Of a stretch of 64,000 nt of DNA, positions 36,897 to 45,512 are shown piece by piece. Source of the stretch: Saprospiraceae bacterium (GTDB lineage Bacteria > Bacteroidota > Bacteroidia > Chitinophagales > Saprospiraceae); contig JBLHRR010000013.1 of assembly GCA_047626155.1 (NCBI GenBank), forward strand, positions 270 to 64,269. Direction: 5' to 3'. The position numbers and the translations under genes are program-made. Below the pieces are notes generated by a model. That model worked only from the letters and a program-made list of their open reading frames with translations, did not search any database and was not told the origin of the DNA. Position 1 is the first letter of the stretch. The number at the start of each line of letters is the position of its first letter.

Positions 36897-38342
36897 TTGA
36901 GTAACTTACTGAGAAATATTAAAACAATAGCCTTACATCGTGACTTCCCAGAAGCCATAAGCGGAGTTGAATTTGATTCCAGAAAGGTTAAAAAAGGAAC
37001 CCTGTTCGTAGCCATTAAAGGGTTACAGTCTGATGGCCATGATTACATCGAACAGGCCATTATAAAAGGAGCAACCGCAATTATTTGTGAAGTGCTACCA
37101 GAGAAACGAAGTTCGGATGTTTGTTATGTGCAGGTAGAAAATTCTGCGAAAGCACTGGCCTTAGTGGCCGCTGAATATTACGGACATCCTTCAAAAAAAA
37201 TTAAACTGGTGGGTATTACTGGTACCAACGGAAAAACCACCACAGGAACATTATTGTATAAGCTGTTTACCCAATTGGGTTACAACGCAGGGCTGATCTC
37301 AACCGTTGAAAATAAAATAGGCAATGATACTTTGCCTACTGATTTTACCACCCCTGATGCCGTAGCGATAAACGAATTGCTACAAAAGATGATAGACGCA
37401 GGTTGCGAATTTGTCTTTATGGAAGTGAGTTCTCACGCTGTGGATCAGGAACGGATTGCCGGCTTACATTTTACCGGCGCAGTCTTTACCAACTTAACAC
37501 ACGAACACTTAGATTACCACAAGACTTTTAAGTCTTACTTAGAAGCCAAAAAGCGGTTTTTTGATCAGTTACCTGCGAACAGTTTTTCCCTGACTAATGT
37601 CGATGACAAAAACGGGAAAGTAATGTTGCAAAATACAAAAGCAAAAAAGTATACTTACGGCTTGAAAAGACAAGCCGATTACAAAGCAAAGATTATTGAA
37701 AATTCTTTTTCCGGTTTGCACCTAAATGTCAACGGAACAGAAATGATCTGTAGACTCATCGGAGAATTCAATGCTTACAACTTAATGGCCGTTTATGGAA
37801 CCGCTATTTTGTTGGATGCTGATCCGGAGGAGGTGCTGGTACACATTAGCAACTTGACAACAGCAGAGGGTCGTTTTGATTTTCAGGTAAGCCCTGATGG
37901 GAAAATAGGAATTGTCGATTATGCACACACACCAGATGCTTTGGAAAAAGTGCTAACAACAATTGCACATCTTAGGAAAGGAACGGAAAAAGTAATTGCA
38001 GTGGTCGGTTGCGGCGGAGATCGCGACAAAAGTAAAAGACCAGTGATGGCTAAAATCGCTTGTGAAAACAGTCAACAAGTAATTCTAACCTCAGACAATC
38101 CGAGGACGGAAGACGCCAATACCATCATTGAAGAAATGGAGGTCGGCATTCCACCACATTTGAAAAATAAAGTGTTGTCAATAACAGATAGAAAACAAGC
38201 CATTAAGACGGCAGTTCAATTGGCAAAAAAAGGAGATATCATTCTCGTAGCAGGCAAAGGCCACGAAAAATACCAGGACATCAACGGAGTAAAAAATCCA
38301 TTTGATGACAAAGAAATACTTAGAACATTGTTCAATAGCTAA
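36897..38342 (+). CDS. murE: UDP-N-acetylmuramoyl-L-alanyl-D-glutamate--2,6-diaminopimelate ligase
   Basis: 481 aa from a TTG start. Motifs: FDSRKVKKGTLFVAIKG, GITGTNGKTTT and DNPRTED. Confidence 0.93.
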   Translation: MSNLLRNIKTIALHRDFPEAISGVEFDSRKVKKGTLFVAIKGLQSDGHDYIEQAIIKGATAIICEVLPEKRSSDVCYVQVENSAKALALVAAEYYGHPSKKIKLVGITGTNGKTTTGTLLYKLFTQLGYNAGLISTVENKIGNDTLPTDFTTPDAVAINELLQKMIDAGCEFVFMEVSSHAVDQERIAGLHFTGAVFTNLTHEHLDYHKTFKSYLEAKKRFFDQLPANSFSLTNVDDKNGKVMLQNTKAKKYTYGLKRQADYKAKIIENSFSGLHLNVNGTEMICRLIGEFNAYNLMAVYGTAILLDADPEEVLVHISNLTTAEGRFDFQVSPDGKIGIVDYAHTPDALEKVLTTIAHLRKGTEKVIAVVGCGGDRDKSKRPVMAKIACENSQQVILTSDNPRTEDANTIIEEMEVGIPPHLKNKVLSITDRKQAIKTAVQLAKKGDIILVAGKGHEKYQDINGVKNPFDDKEILRTLFNS

Positions 38343-38433
38343 TAGCTGAACATGTTGAAGAACTATTATCATTCTCAGATTCTCGACAGCCGGTGGCGAG
38401 TGCAAATTTGCCCCAGCTGTTTTTTGAGAAGCT

Positions 38434-38516
38434 CGATAGTGGGCAGTTAAAGTTAACAGTTTACGTTTAGCTTGAATTAGTGGGAAGTTTACGTTAAAGT
38501 TAACCGTTTAAGTTAG
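38434..38516 (+). repeat. family-2 element, two tandem units in the murE-mraY spacer
   Basis: The two units are CGATAGTGGGCAGTTAAAGTTAACAGTTTACG and GAATTAGTGGGAAGTTTACGTTAAAGTTAACCGTTT. The GTGGG cores are at 38439 and 38480. Confidence 0.7.
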
Positions 38517-38633
38517 AAAAAAAGACATACTATTAACAGGAAACAGGAAGGAAAACAAATCTGAATTCTCTCCCAATCCGATAAGCAAAAATTTAGGCAA
38601 TAGCCTGATTTCACAGCAGGAAAAACAAACGAA

Positions 38634-39896
38634 ATGCTCTACTGGCTTGCAGAAATGTTACAGGAGAACGGGTACCAACAATTTAGGTTGTTCGAGTACC
38701 TCACATTCCGTGCGGCCTTGGCAATCATCATGTCTTTAGTTATTTCCATGTTATTAGGTGGTCGAATTATTCGTTATTTGCAGCAATTGCAAATAGGAGA
38801 GACCGTACGTGATCTTGGCTTAGTTGGTCAAAAAGAAAAGCAAGGAACCCCAACAATGGGAGGTATCATCATCATTATGGCGATCATAATTCCTTGTCTG
38901 CTCTTTGCAGATTTGACTAACGTGTACATCCTGTTGATGCTGGTAACAACCACTTGGATGGGGATTATCGGTTTCATTGATGATTATATCAAAGTGTTTA
39001 AAAAAGATAAAGAAGGACTGAGTGGGAAGTTTAAAGTATTGGGGCAGATTGGACTTGGAGTTATTGTCGCTTGTACAATGTTGTGGAGTCAGGATGTAGT
39101 GGTTCGTATGAATAAAAAGATTGCAATAGAAGAATATAAATTTGGAGCTGAAGATTTTGTCAATGAAATCCTCGTCGAGAAAGATGGTAAAGGGCCTGTA
39201 GAATTTGTAGATGTAAAAACAACTTTAACCAATGTTCCTTTCTTCAAGGGAAAAGAACCGGCTTACTCAGGTCTTCTTTTTTTCCTAGGAGCAAATGCAA
39301 AAGGTTTAGTTTGGTTGATTTATATACCATTTATCATTTTTATCATCACAGCAGTTTCAAACGGAGCGAATTTAACGGATGGAATAGATGGCTTGGCAAC
39401 TGGAACTTCCGCGATAATGGCTGGAACGCTGGCCTTACTAGCTTATGTTTCGGGTAACTCCAACTTAGCAAGTTATCTTACTATTCTGTACCTGCCAGGT
39501 ACCGGAGAATTGGTCGTTTTCGCAGCTTGTTTTCTCGGAGCTTGTATCGGCTTTTTATGGTACAACTCCTACCCGGCACAAGTCTTCATGGGAGACACCG
39601 GAAGTTTGACGATAGGAGCGATCATAGCAGTATTGGCCATAGCCATCAGAAAGGAATGGTTGATTCCAATTCTTTGCGGAATCTTTTTAGTAGAAAATTT
39701 ATCGGTAGTATTACAAGTGAGTTACTTCAAATATACCCGAAAGAAATACGGCGAAGGCCGACGAATATTTTTAATGTCACCCTTGCATCACCACTATCAA
39801 AAGAAAGGGATGCACGAGTCAAAAATTGTAACCCGATTCTGGATTGTAGGAATATTGTTGGCAGTAGTTACAATTTTAACTTTGAAACTTAGGTAA
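38634..39896 (+). CDS. mraY: phospho-N-acetylmuramoyl-pentapeptide transferase
   Basis: 420 aa, polytopic. Motifs: [19 protein letters not shown] and MGDTGSL. Confidence 0.95.
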   Translation: MLYWLAEMLQENGYQQFRLFEYLTFRAALAIIMSLVISMLLGGRIIRYLQQLQIGETVRDLGLVGQKEKQGTPTMGGIIIIMAIIIPCLLFADLTNVYILLMLVTTTWMGIIGFIDDYIKVFKKDKEGLSGKFKVLGQIGLGVIVACTMLWSQDVVVRMNKKIAIEEYKFGAEDFVNEILVEKDGKGPVEFVDVKTTLTNVPFFKGKEPAYSGLLFFLGANAKGLVWLIYIPFIIFIITAVSNGANLTDGIDGLATGTSAIMAGTLALLAYVSGNSNLASYLTILYLPGTGELVVFAACFLGACIGFLWYNSYPAQVFMGDTGSLTIGAIIAVLAIAIRKEWLIPILCGIFLVENLSVVLQVSYFKYTRKKYGEGRRIFLMSPLHHHYQKKGMHESKIVTRFWIVGILLAVVTILTLKLR

Positions 39897-39905
39897 ACCA
39901 AAATA

Positions 39906-40002
39906 AAAACGAAAACTGTTAACAAAAACTTCCCACTAACGCGTTATAGAGAAGTTTTCGTTTTAGTTAAATCACGAAAGTGGGAAGTTTATGTTAACAG
40001 TT
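39906..40002. repeat. family-2 element with inverted GTGGGAAG...GTTAACAG termini in the mraY-murD spacer
   Basis: CTGTTAAC-AA-AAACTTCCCACT (39916-39937) pairs with AGTGGGAAGTTT-AT-GTTAACAG (39979-40000). A competing pair is AAAACGAAAAC (39906-39916) with GTTTTCGTTTT (39954-39964). Confidence 0.75.
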
Positions 40003-40017
40003 AAAGTTAATAAAAAA

Positions 40018-41337
40018 ATGAAAGCAGTAATCTTAGGTGCTGGAGAAAGTGGAGTAGGAGCGGCATTATTGGCAAAGCAAGAAGGCTACAAAGTCTTCGT
40101 ATCTGATTTTGGAAAAATAAAAGAGAGCTTTAAAAAGGAATTGGAGCAACATCAAATCCCTTTTGAAGAAAACAAACATACAAACGAATTAATCTTTGAT
40201 GGGGATTGCATTATCAAAAGTCCGGGAATACCCGACACGGTAACTATCGTTCAGGAAGCACTGAATCGAAAAATACCAGTCATTTCGGACATTGAATTTG
40301 CAGCAAAATTCTGTAAAGGAAAAATAATCGCCATCACAGGTAGCAATGGGAAGACAACCACGACCAAACTAATTTACCACCTTCTCCACAAGGCTGGCCT
40401 TTCGGTCGGTATTGGCGGAAATGTAGGATTTAGCTTCGCTAGGTTACTCACCCATAAACAGCAAAAGGATTGTTATGTATTGGAGCTCAGTAGCTTCCAA
40501 TTAGACAATTGCTACGATTTTCGACCAGAGATTGCACTCTTGCTCAATATCACTGCCGATCACATGGATCGCTACGATTACAAGATCAGCAATTACGTTG
40601 CATCGAAATTTCGAATTATTCAAAAACAGCAGGATTCCGATCTTTTTATCTACAATGAAGCAGACGAAAATATCAAATCCTACCTAAATAAAAAGCCAGT
40701 TGGGATGAACACCATTCCGGTTAGTGATAAGTTCTTTGAAAATAAAACAATACGTACACGAGAAAATCAGTACACACTGAAAGGCACGAATTTAAAAGGC
40801 CCGCACAACGGATTTAATGCGACTTGTGCTCTACTCGTTGCTGAAAAGATGGGAATTGCTAAAGAAAGTTTACAAGAGAGTTTAACCACTTTCGTAAATG
40901 CGCCACATCGTTTAGAGTTCGTTGCCGAAATTAACGGAGTCGATTATATAAACGATAGCAAAGCGACCAATGTAGACTCTGTTTATTATGGTTTGCTAGC
41001 TATGGAAAAACCCTTGGTTTGGATCGCAGGCGGTATAGACAAAGGAAACGATTACAGTTCCATTTTACCACTAGTCAAAGAAAAGGTAAAGGCCATAGTT
41101 TGTTTAGGAGCCGACAACGAAAAGCTACTAAAAGAATTTTCACCACTAGTACAAATCATAAAGGAAACACAAAGCGTAACAGAAGCTATTGAACTGGCTG
41201 CTGCTTTTGCAGAACCAGGAATGACGGTTTTATTATCTCCCGCTTGTTCTAGCTTTGATCTTTTTGAAAACTATGAAAAGAGAGGAGAGCTATTTAAGGA
41301 GGCCGTGCATAATCGAAAATTGAAAGAGAACGAATAA
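40018..41337 (+). CDS. murD: UDP-N-acetylmuramoylalanine--D-glutamate ligase
   Basis: The ORF track starts at 39991 inside a repeat. The ATG at 40018 gives MKAVILGAGESGVGAALLA, a typical MurD N-terminus. GSNGKTTT is present. Confidence 0.93.
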   Translation: MKAVILGAGESGVGAALLAKQEGYKVFVSDFGKIKESFKKELEQHQIPFEENKHTNELIFDGDCIIKSPGIPDTVTIVQEALNRKIPVISDIEFAAKFCKGKIIAITGSNGKTTTTKLIYHLLHKAGLSVGIGGNVGFSFARLLTHKQQKDCYVLELSSFQLDNCYDFRPEIALLLNITADHMDRYDYKISNYVASKFRIIQKQQDSDLFIYNEADENIKSYLNKKPVGMNTIPVSDKFFENKTIRTRENQYTLKGTNLKGPHNGFNATCALLVAEKMGIAKESLQESLTTFVNAPHRLEFVAEINGVDYINDSKATNVDSVYYGLLAMEKPLVWIAGGIDKGNDYSSILPLVKEKVKAIVCLGADNEKLLKEFSPLVQIIKETQSVTEAIELAAAFAEPGMTVLLSPACSSFDLFENYEKRGELFKEAVHNRKLKENE

Positions 41338-41355
41338 TATTTTTTGTGTAATACT
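41335..41355 (+). repeat. solo copy of the family-1 3'-terminal motif, beginning at the murD stop codon
   Basis: The sequence is TAATATTTTTTGTGTAATACT. Its last 17 nt (41339-41355) are identical to 41465-41481, the 3' end of the adjacent full element. Confidence 0.8.
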
Positions 41356-41356
41356 T

Positions 41357-41481
41357 AGTAACAACGAAAAATTAACTTTCCGATTTGGAAACAATTATGT
41401 AAATCAAAACGACCAAAGGGAGAGTGATTTATATAATTGTTTCCACGAAAGAAATCGGGAAATTATTTTTTGTGTAATACT
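41357..41481 (+). repeat. family-1 long-hairpin element, canonical copy between murD and ftsW
   Basis: Full architecture is present. The inner stem carries the compensatory pair GGAAACAATTAT / ATAATTGTTTCC. The element ends 8 nt before the ftsW ATG. Confidence 0.9.
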
Positions 41482-41489
41482 TAACGTCC

Positions 41490-42623
41490 ATGTCAATAGG
41501 AAATAAAATATACGCAGAGTTACGAGGCGATAGAGCTGTTTGGATGATCCTACTTATGTTGGTCATCTTTTCCTTGTTGACGGTCTATAGCTCAACGGGG
41601 CATATGGCTTTTCAAAAGCAAGGCGGGAATACCGAATTTTACCTTTTGAAGCATTTTTTCTTCATCTGTATCGGTTTGACCCTGACTTACATTTGTTATG
41701 TTATGCATTATACACAGTATATGAAAATCGCACCGATACTGTTGGTTATTTGTATTCCACTGTTGATGTATACCATAGGATTTGGGGTGGAGGTAAATGA
41801 TGCGAGGCGTTGGTTGAGGATACCTTTTATAGGCTTAACCTTTCAGACATCGGATTTTGGAAAACTAGCTCTGATCATTTATGTAGCCCGCGCAATTTCA
41901 GCGAAACAGGATTATATAAAAGATTTTAAATCGGCTTTCTTACCGATCATCGTACCCATACTGATTATTTGTGGATTGATTGCTCCAGCGGATTTATCCT
42001 CAGCGCTTTTACTTTTTGTAACCTGTATCGGAATGATGTTTTTAGGAAGAGTAGCGGTACAATATATATTCCTGTTGCTCCTATTGGGGATTGTAGTTTT
42101 TGCAGGCTTGATTGTAATCGGAGAATTTTTTCCAGATTTTGTAAGAACAGATACCTGGATCGAAAGACTAAGAGCCTTCTTGGAGGAGACAGAACCGGGT
42201 CACCAGATTCTACATTCTAAAATAGCCATTGCCAACGGAGGCATATTCGGAGCAGGCCCAGGAAACAGTGTAATGCGGAATTATCTGCCAGCTCCTTACT
42301 CCGATTTTATCTATGCTATGATATGCGAAGAGTATGGTTTGGTTGGAGGCTTTACGATAATTTGTTTATATGTGTTTTTGTTTTTCCGTTGTGTAAGTAT
42401 TGTTACAAGAGCACCTAAGGCATTCGGAGCCATGTTGGTTATGGGATTGGGGATGTTGATGGTTATACAAGCATTGGCAAATATGGCTGTAACAGTACAG
42501 TTGGTTCCAGTAACCGGATTGACACTGCCACTGGTAAGTATGGGAGGAACCTCAATCGTATTTACCTGTATCTCTTTTGGAATGATACTAAGTGTGAGTC
42601 GATATATTGAAAAGACAAGTTAG
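41490..42623 (+). CDS. ftsW: SEDS-family cell division protein FtsW
   Basis: 377 aa, polytopic. RWLRIPFIGLTFQTSDFGKLALIIY, SDFIYAMICEEYGLVG and PLVSMGGTS are typical FtsW/RodA motifs. The dcw position supports the call. Confidence 0.9.
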   Translation: MSIGNKIYAELRGDRAVWMILLMLVIFSLLTVYSSTGHMAFQKQGGNTEFYLLKHFFFICIGLTLTYICYVMHYTQYMKIAPILLVICIPLLMYTIGFGVEVNDARRWLRIPFIGLTFQTSDFGKLALIIYVARAISAKQDYIKDFKSAFLPIIVPILIICGLIAPADLSSALLLFVTCIGMMFLGRVAVQYIFLLLLLGIVVFAGLIVIGEFFPDFVRTDTWIERLRAFLEETEPGHQILHSKIAIANGGIFGAGPGNSVMRNYLPAPYSDFIYAMICEEYGLVGGFTIICLYVFLFFRCVSIVTRAPKAFGAMLVMGLGMLMVIQALANMAVTVQLVPVTGLTLPLVSMGGTSIVFTCISFGMILSVSRYIEKTS

Positions 42624-42638
42624 GAAGGCCGAACGCGA

Positions 42639-42700
42639 CCCCTAAAGGGGAGACCTAACGCGCGCCCAGAGCTTACCGAGATGTAGCTCCCCTTTAGGGG
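42639..42700. repeat. GC-rich inverted repeat CCCCTAAAGGGGAG / CTCCCCTTTAGGGG after ftsW
   Basis: A 14-bp perfect complement joins 42639-42652 and 42687-42700. Each arm is also self-complementary (CCCC-TAAA-GGGG). Confidence 0.65.
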
Positions 42701-42839
42701 CAGGGGGTAAATGCATGGAAAGTTTTTACTAAAAGAATGTAAAATAATTGAACAGTTAATAGTCAGGAGTTAACGATTAATAGTTGGTAGTCAGTAGTAA
42801 AAAACTAAATTACCGTCTAACCAAATTATTTACTCAATT

Positions 42840-43958
42840 ATGAAATCAGAAAAAAGAAATAGAAAAGTAATAATCAGTGGCGGTGGTACAGGAGGCCATG
42901 TCTTCCCAGCAATCGCGATAGCAGATGCATTGAAGGAGAAAGATCCAACAATAGAAATACGCTTTGTAGGGGCGCAAGGGAAAATAGAAATGGAGAAAGT
43001 TCCAGCGGCAGGTTATCCAATAGATGGACTTTGGATCAGCGGCATACAGCGGAAACTCACTTTAAAAAATTTACTCTTTCCATTCAAGCTGATTAGCAGT
43101 ATGTGGAAAGCACATAAAATAATTGGTCGTTTTCGGCCAGATGTAGCAGTAGGCGTTGGAGGCTATGCGAGTTATCCAACCTTAGCAGTGGCTGCCAGAA
43201 GAGGCATTCCCACATTGATACAAGAGCAGAATTGCTATGCGGGTGTAACCAATAAGATGTTACAAAACAAAGTGTGCACTGTTTGTGTGGCTTATGATAA
43301 AATGGATCGCTACTTTCCAAAAGCAAATATCATCTGGACAGGAAATCCGGTACGGAAAGATATAGCAGAATTGGAAGGGAAGAAAGCAGAAGCATTGGCT
43401 CACTTTGGTTTTAAGTCAGATCGAAAGACCATTGTCATAATAGGCGGATCATTGGGCGCTCGAACTTTGAATGATAGCATGGGAGCTAATGTTGCTTTAC
43501 TGGCAAAACATCCAGAGGTACAGGTTTTGTGGCAAGCTGGAAAGTTGTACATCGAAGAGTTTAAGGACTCAGAGACTGCCCGTTTGGAAAATGTAAGAGT
43601 GCAAGCTTTTATCAAACGGATGGATTTAGCTTATGCGATGGCAGATGTAGTGATAGGAAGGGCAGGGGCTTTAACCATTTCTGAACTGTGCCTGGTCGCA
43701 AAACCAGCCATCTTAGTTCCTTCGCCAAACGTGGCTGAAGACCACCAAACGAAGAATGCAATGGCCTTGGTGGAGAAGGATGCAGCTATTTTAGTCAAAG
43801 ATAAAGATGCCAAAGGGATGATTCAAAACGCAATTGAACTGTTAGCCGATTTTGATAAGATGACTTTATTGTCACAAAATATTAAAACATTGGCCAAACC
43901 TGATGCTGCTGCTCAAATTGCAGACGAAGTGATGAAACTCATTGATAATCAGCCATAA
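42840..43958 (+). CDS. murG: UDP-N-acetylglucosamine--N-acetylmuramyl-(pentapeptide) pyrophosphoryl-undecaprenol GlcNAc transferase
   Basis: 372 aa. GGGTGGHVFPAIAIA, GGSLGA and the C-terminal HQTKNA motif are present. Confidence 0.95.
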   Translation: MKSEKRNRKVIISGGGTGGHVFPAIAIADALKEKDPTIEIRFVGAQGKIEMEKVPAAGYPIDGLWISGIQRKLTLKNLLFPFKLISSMWKAHKIIGRFRPDVAVGVGGYASYPTLAVAARRGIPTLIQEQNCYAGVTNKMLQNKVCTVCVAYDKMDRYFPKANIIWTGNPVRKDIAELEGKKAEALAHFGFKSDRKTIVIIGGSLGARTLNDSMGANVALLAKHPEVQVLWQAGKLYIEEFKDSETARLENVRVQAFIKRMDLAYAMADVVIGRAGALTISELCLVAKPAILVPSPNVAEDHQTKNAMALVEKDAAILVKDKDAKGMIQNAIELLADFDKMTLLSQNIKTLAKPDAAAQIADEVMKLIDNQP

Positions 43959-44120
43959 AGAGCATTATTATATTAAAATAAATTACAAATTACAAAACAA
44001 ATGAATAAATATTTTTTTATATAATAATTACGGCACATACTTTGATATTTAAGCCTGATGTACAGTGCTTTATAAAGATAAAAAGATACAATTAATAAAA
44101 ACTGTAATGTTAATAGACCT

Positions 44121-45512
44121 GTGATAAAAAAGCGCTTAGAACTCGAAGACCTAAAAACGATCTATTTGATCGGTATCGGTGGCATCGGAATGAGTGCATT
44201 GGCCAGATATTTTTTACAACGCGGTGCGGCCGTGTATGGCTACGATAAAACCGCAACAGTGCTTACCAGAAAGCTGGAAGCTGAAGGGATGACAATCCAC
44301 TACGACGAAGATGTAGCACGAATACCAAAAGGAGTTGATCTGGTAATTTTTACACCAGCCATTCCAGCGAAACATCGGGAATTACAGTACTTCCGTACCA
44401 ATGATTTTCCGATTATGAAACGCGCAGAGGTATTGGGATTGATCAGTCGAAACTTGAAAACCATAGCGGTTGCAGGGACACATGGAAAGACAACGACAAG
44501 CGCTATTGTGAGCCATATCATTCGAACGGGCGGGATTGATAGTACTGCTTTTTTAGGCGGCATAGCTCAGAATCTTGGCTCGAATTACGTTGGTGGAAAG
44601 AGCAACTGGATGGTGGTAGAAGCGGACGAGTTTGATCGTTCTTTTTTACACCTGAGTCCAGATTTAGCGATTATCCTTTCTATGGATCCAGATCATCTGG
44701 ATATATATGGAGCGCATGACGAGCTGAAGAAAACCTTCGCCGAATTTGCGGGACAGTTGAAAGAAGGCGGGCAGTTGTTTGTACAAGCCGACTTGCCTTT
44801 AGAGATGCCAGGACAAATGAGTTTTGGTTTAGAAAAGGGAGATTATTTTGTATATAATGAGCGGGTTGAAAATGGCTGTGCTGTTTTTGATTTCAAAAGT
44901 CCTAAAGGCAGTATTGATAACATTGTTTTTACAATGCCCGGCCGACACAATATAACAAACGCCTGTGCTGCCATTGCCGTAGCGCAGGAACTGAATATTT
45001 CGGCGAAAGCCATCAAAGACGCATTGGCTTCATTCAAAGGAATAAAGCGACGTTTTGAAAGAGTATATAGTGATGAACAAGTGGCGTATGTTGATGACTA
45101 CGCCCATCATCCAACAGAGTTAAAAGCAGCGATAGATGCGACCCGACAATTGTTTCCCGGAAGGAAAATAACAGGAATCTTTCAACCACATCTGTTTTCC
45201 AGAACCCGTGATTTTGTAAAGGGTTTCGCTGAAGCACTGGATGGTCTGGATGAATGTATACTAATGGATATCTACCCGGCAAGAGAAGAGCCGATACCGG
45301 GAGTTAGTTCTGCAATTATTTATAATAAGATGAATCTTGCAAGCCGGACACTAGTTAATAAAAAGACGCTGATGGAAGAGCTGGCTGAAAAAGAAATTGA
45401 TGTATTACTTACTTTAGGAGCTGGAGATATTGACAGGTTTGTGCAACCCATAAAAAGCTGGTTGGAACAAAGAGTTGGTTGGAACAAAGAAGACCATGAA
45501 AAAGAAGAATAA
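44121..45512 (+). CDS. murC: UDP-N-acetylmuramate--L-alanine ligase
   Basis: 463 aa (GTG start). Motifs: IGIGGIGMSALA, GTHGKTTT and DDYAHHPTE. Confidence 0.95.
   Translation: MIKKRLELEDLKTIYLIGIGGIGMSALARYFLQRGAAVYGYDKTATVLTRKLEAEGMTIHYDEDVARIPKGVDLVIFTPAIPAKHRELQYFRTNDFPIMKRAEVLGLISRNLKTIAVAGTHGKTTTSAIVSHIIRTGGIDSTAFLGGIAQNLGSNYVGGKSNWMVVEADEFDRSFLHLSPDLAIILSMDPDHLDIYGAHDELKKTFAEFAGQLKEGGQLFVQADLPLEMPGQMSFGLEKGDYFVYNERVENGCAVFDFKSPKGSIDNIVFTMPGRHNITNACAAIAVAQELNISAKAIKDALASFKGIKRRFERVYSDEQVAYVDDYAHHPTELKAAIDATRQLFPGRKITGIFQPHLFSRTRDFVKGFAEALDGLDECILMDIYPAREEPIPGVSSAIIYNKMNLASRTLVNKKTLMEELAEKEIDVLLTLGAGDIDRFVQPIKSWLEQRVGWNKEDHEKEE

Noticed and set aside
41424-41477. Possible 17-codon micro-ORF inside the family-1 element (GTG after the GGGAGA loop motif, ending at the conserved TAA of GTGTAATAC).
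   Set aside because: The frame is not conserved. Copy 18350 reads GTG ATT TAG (an immediate stop). Copy 29927 has one fewer T, which shifts the frame. The SD-like GGGAGA directly abuts the GTG with no spacer.
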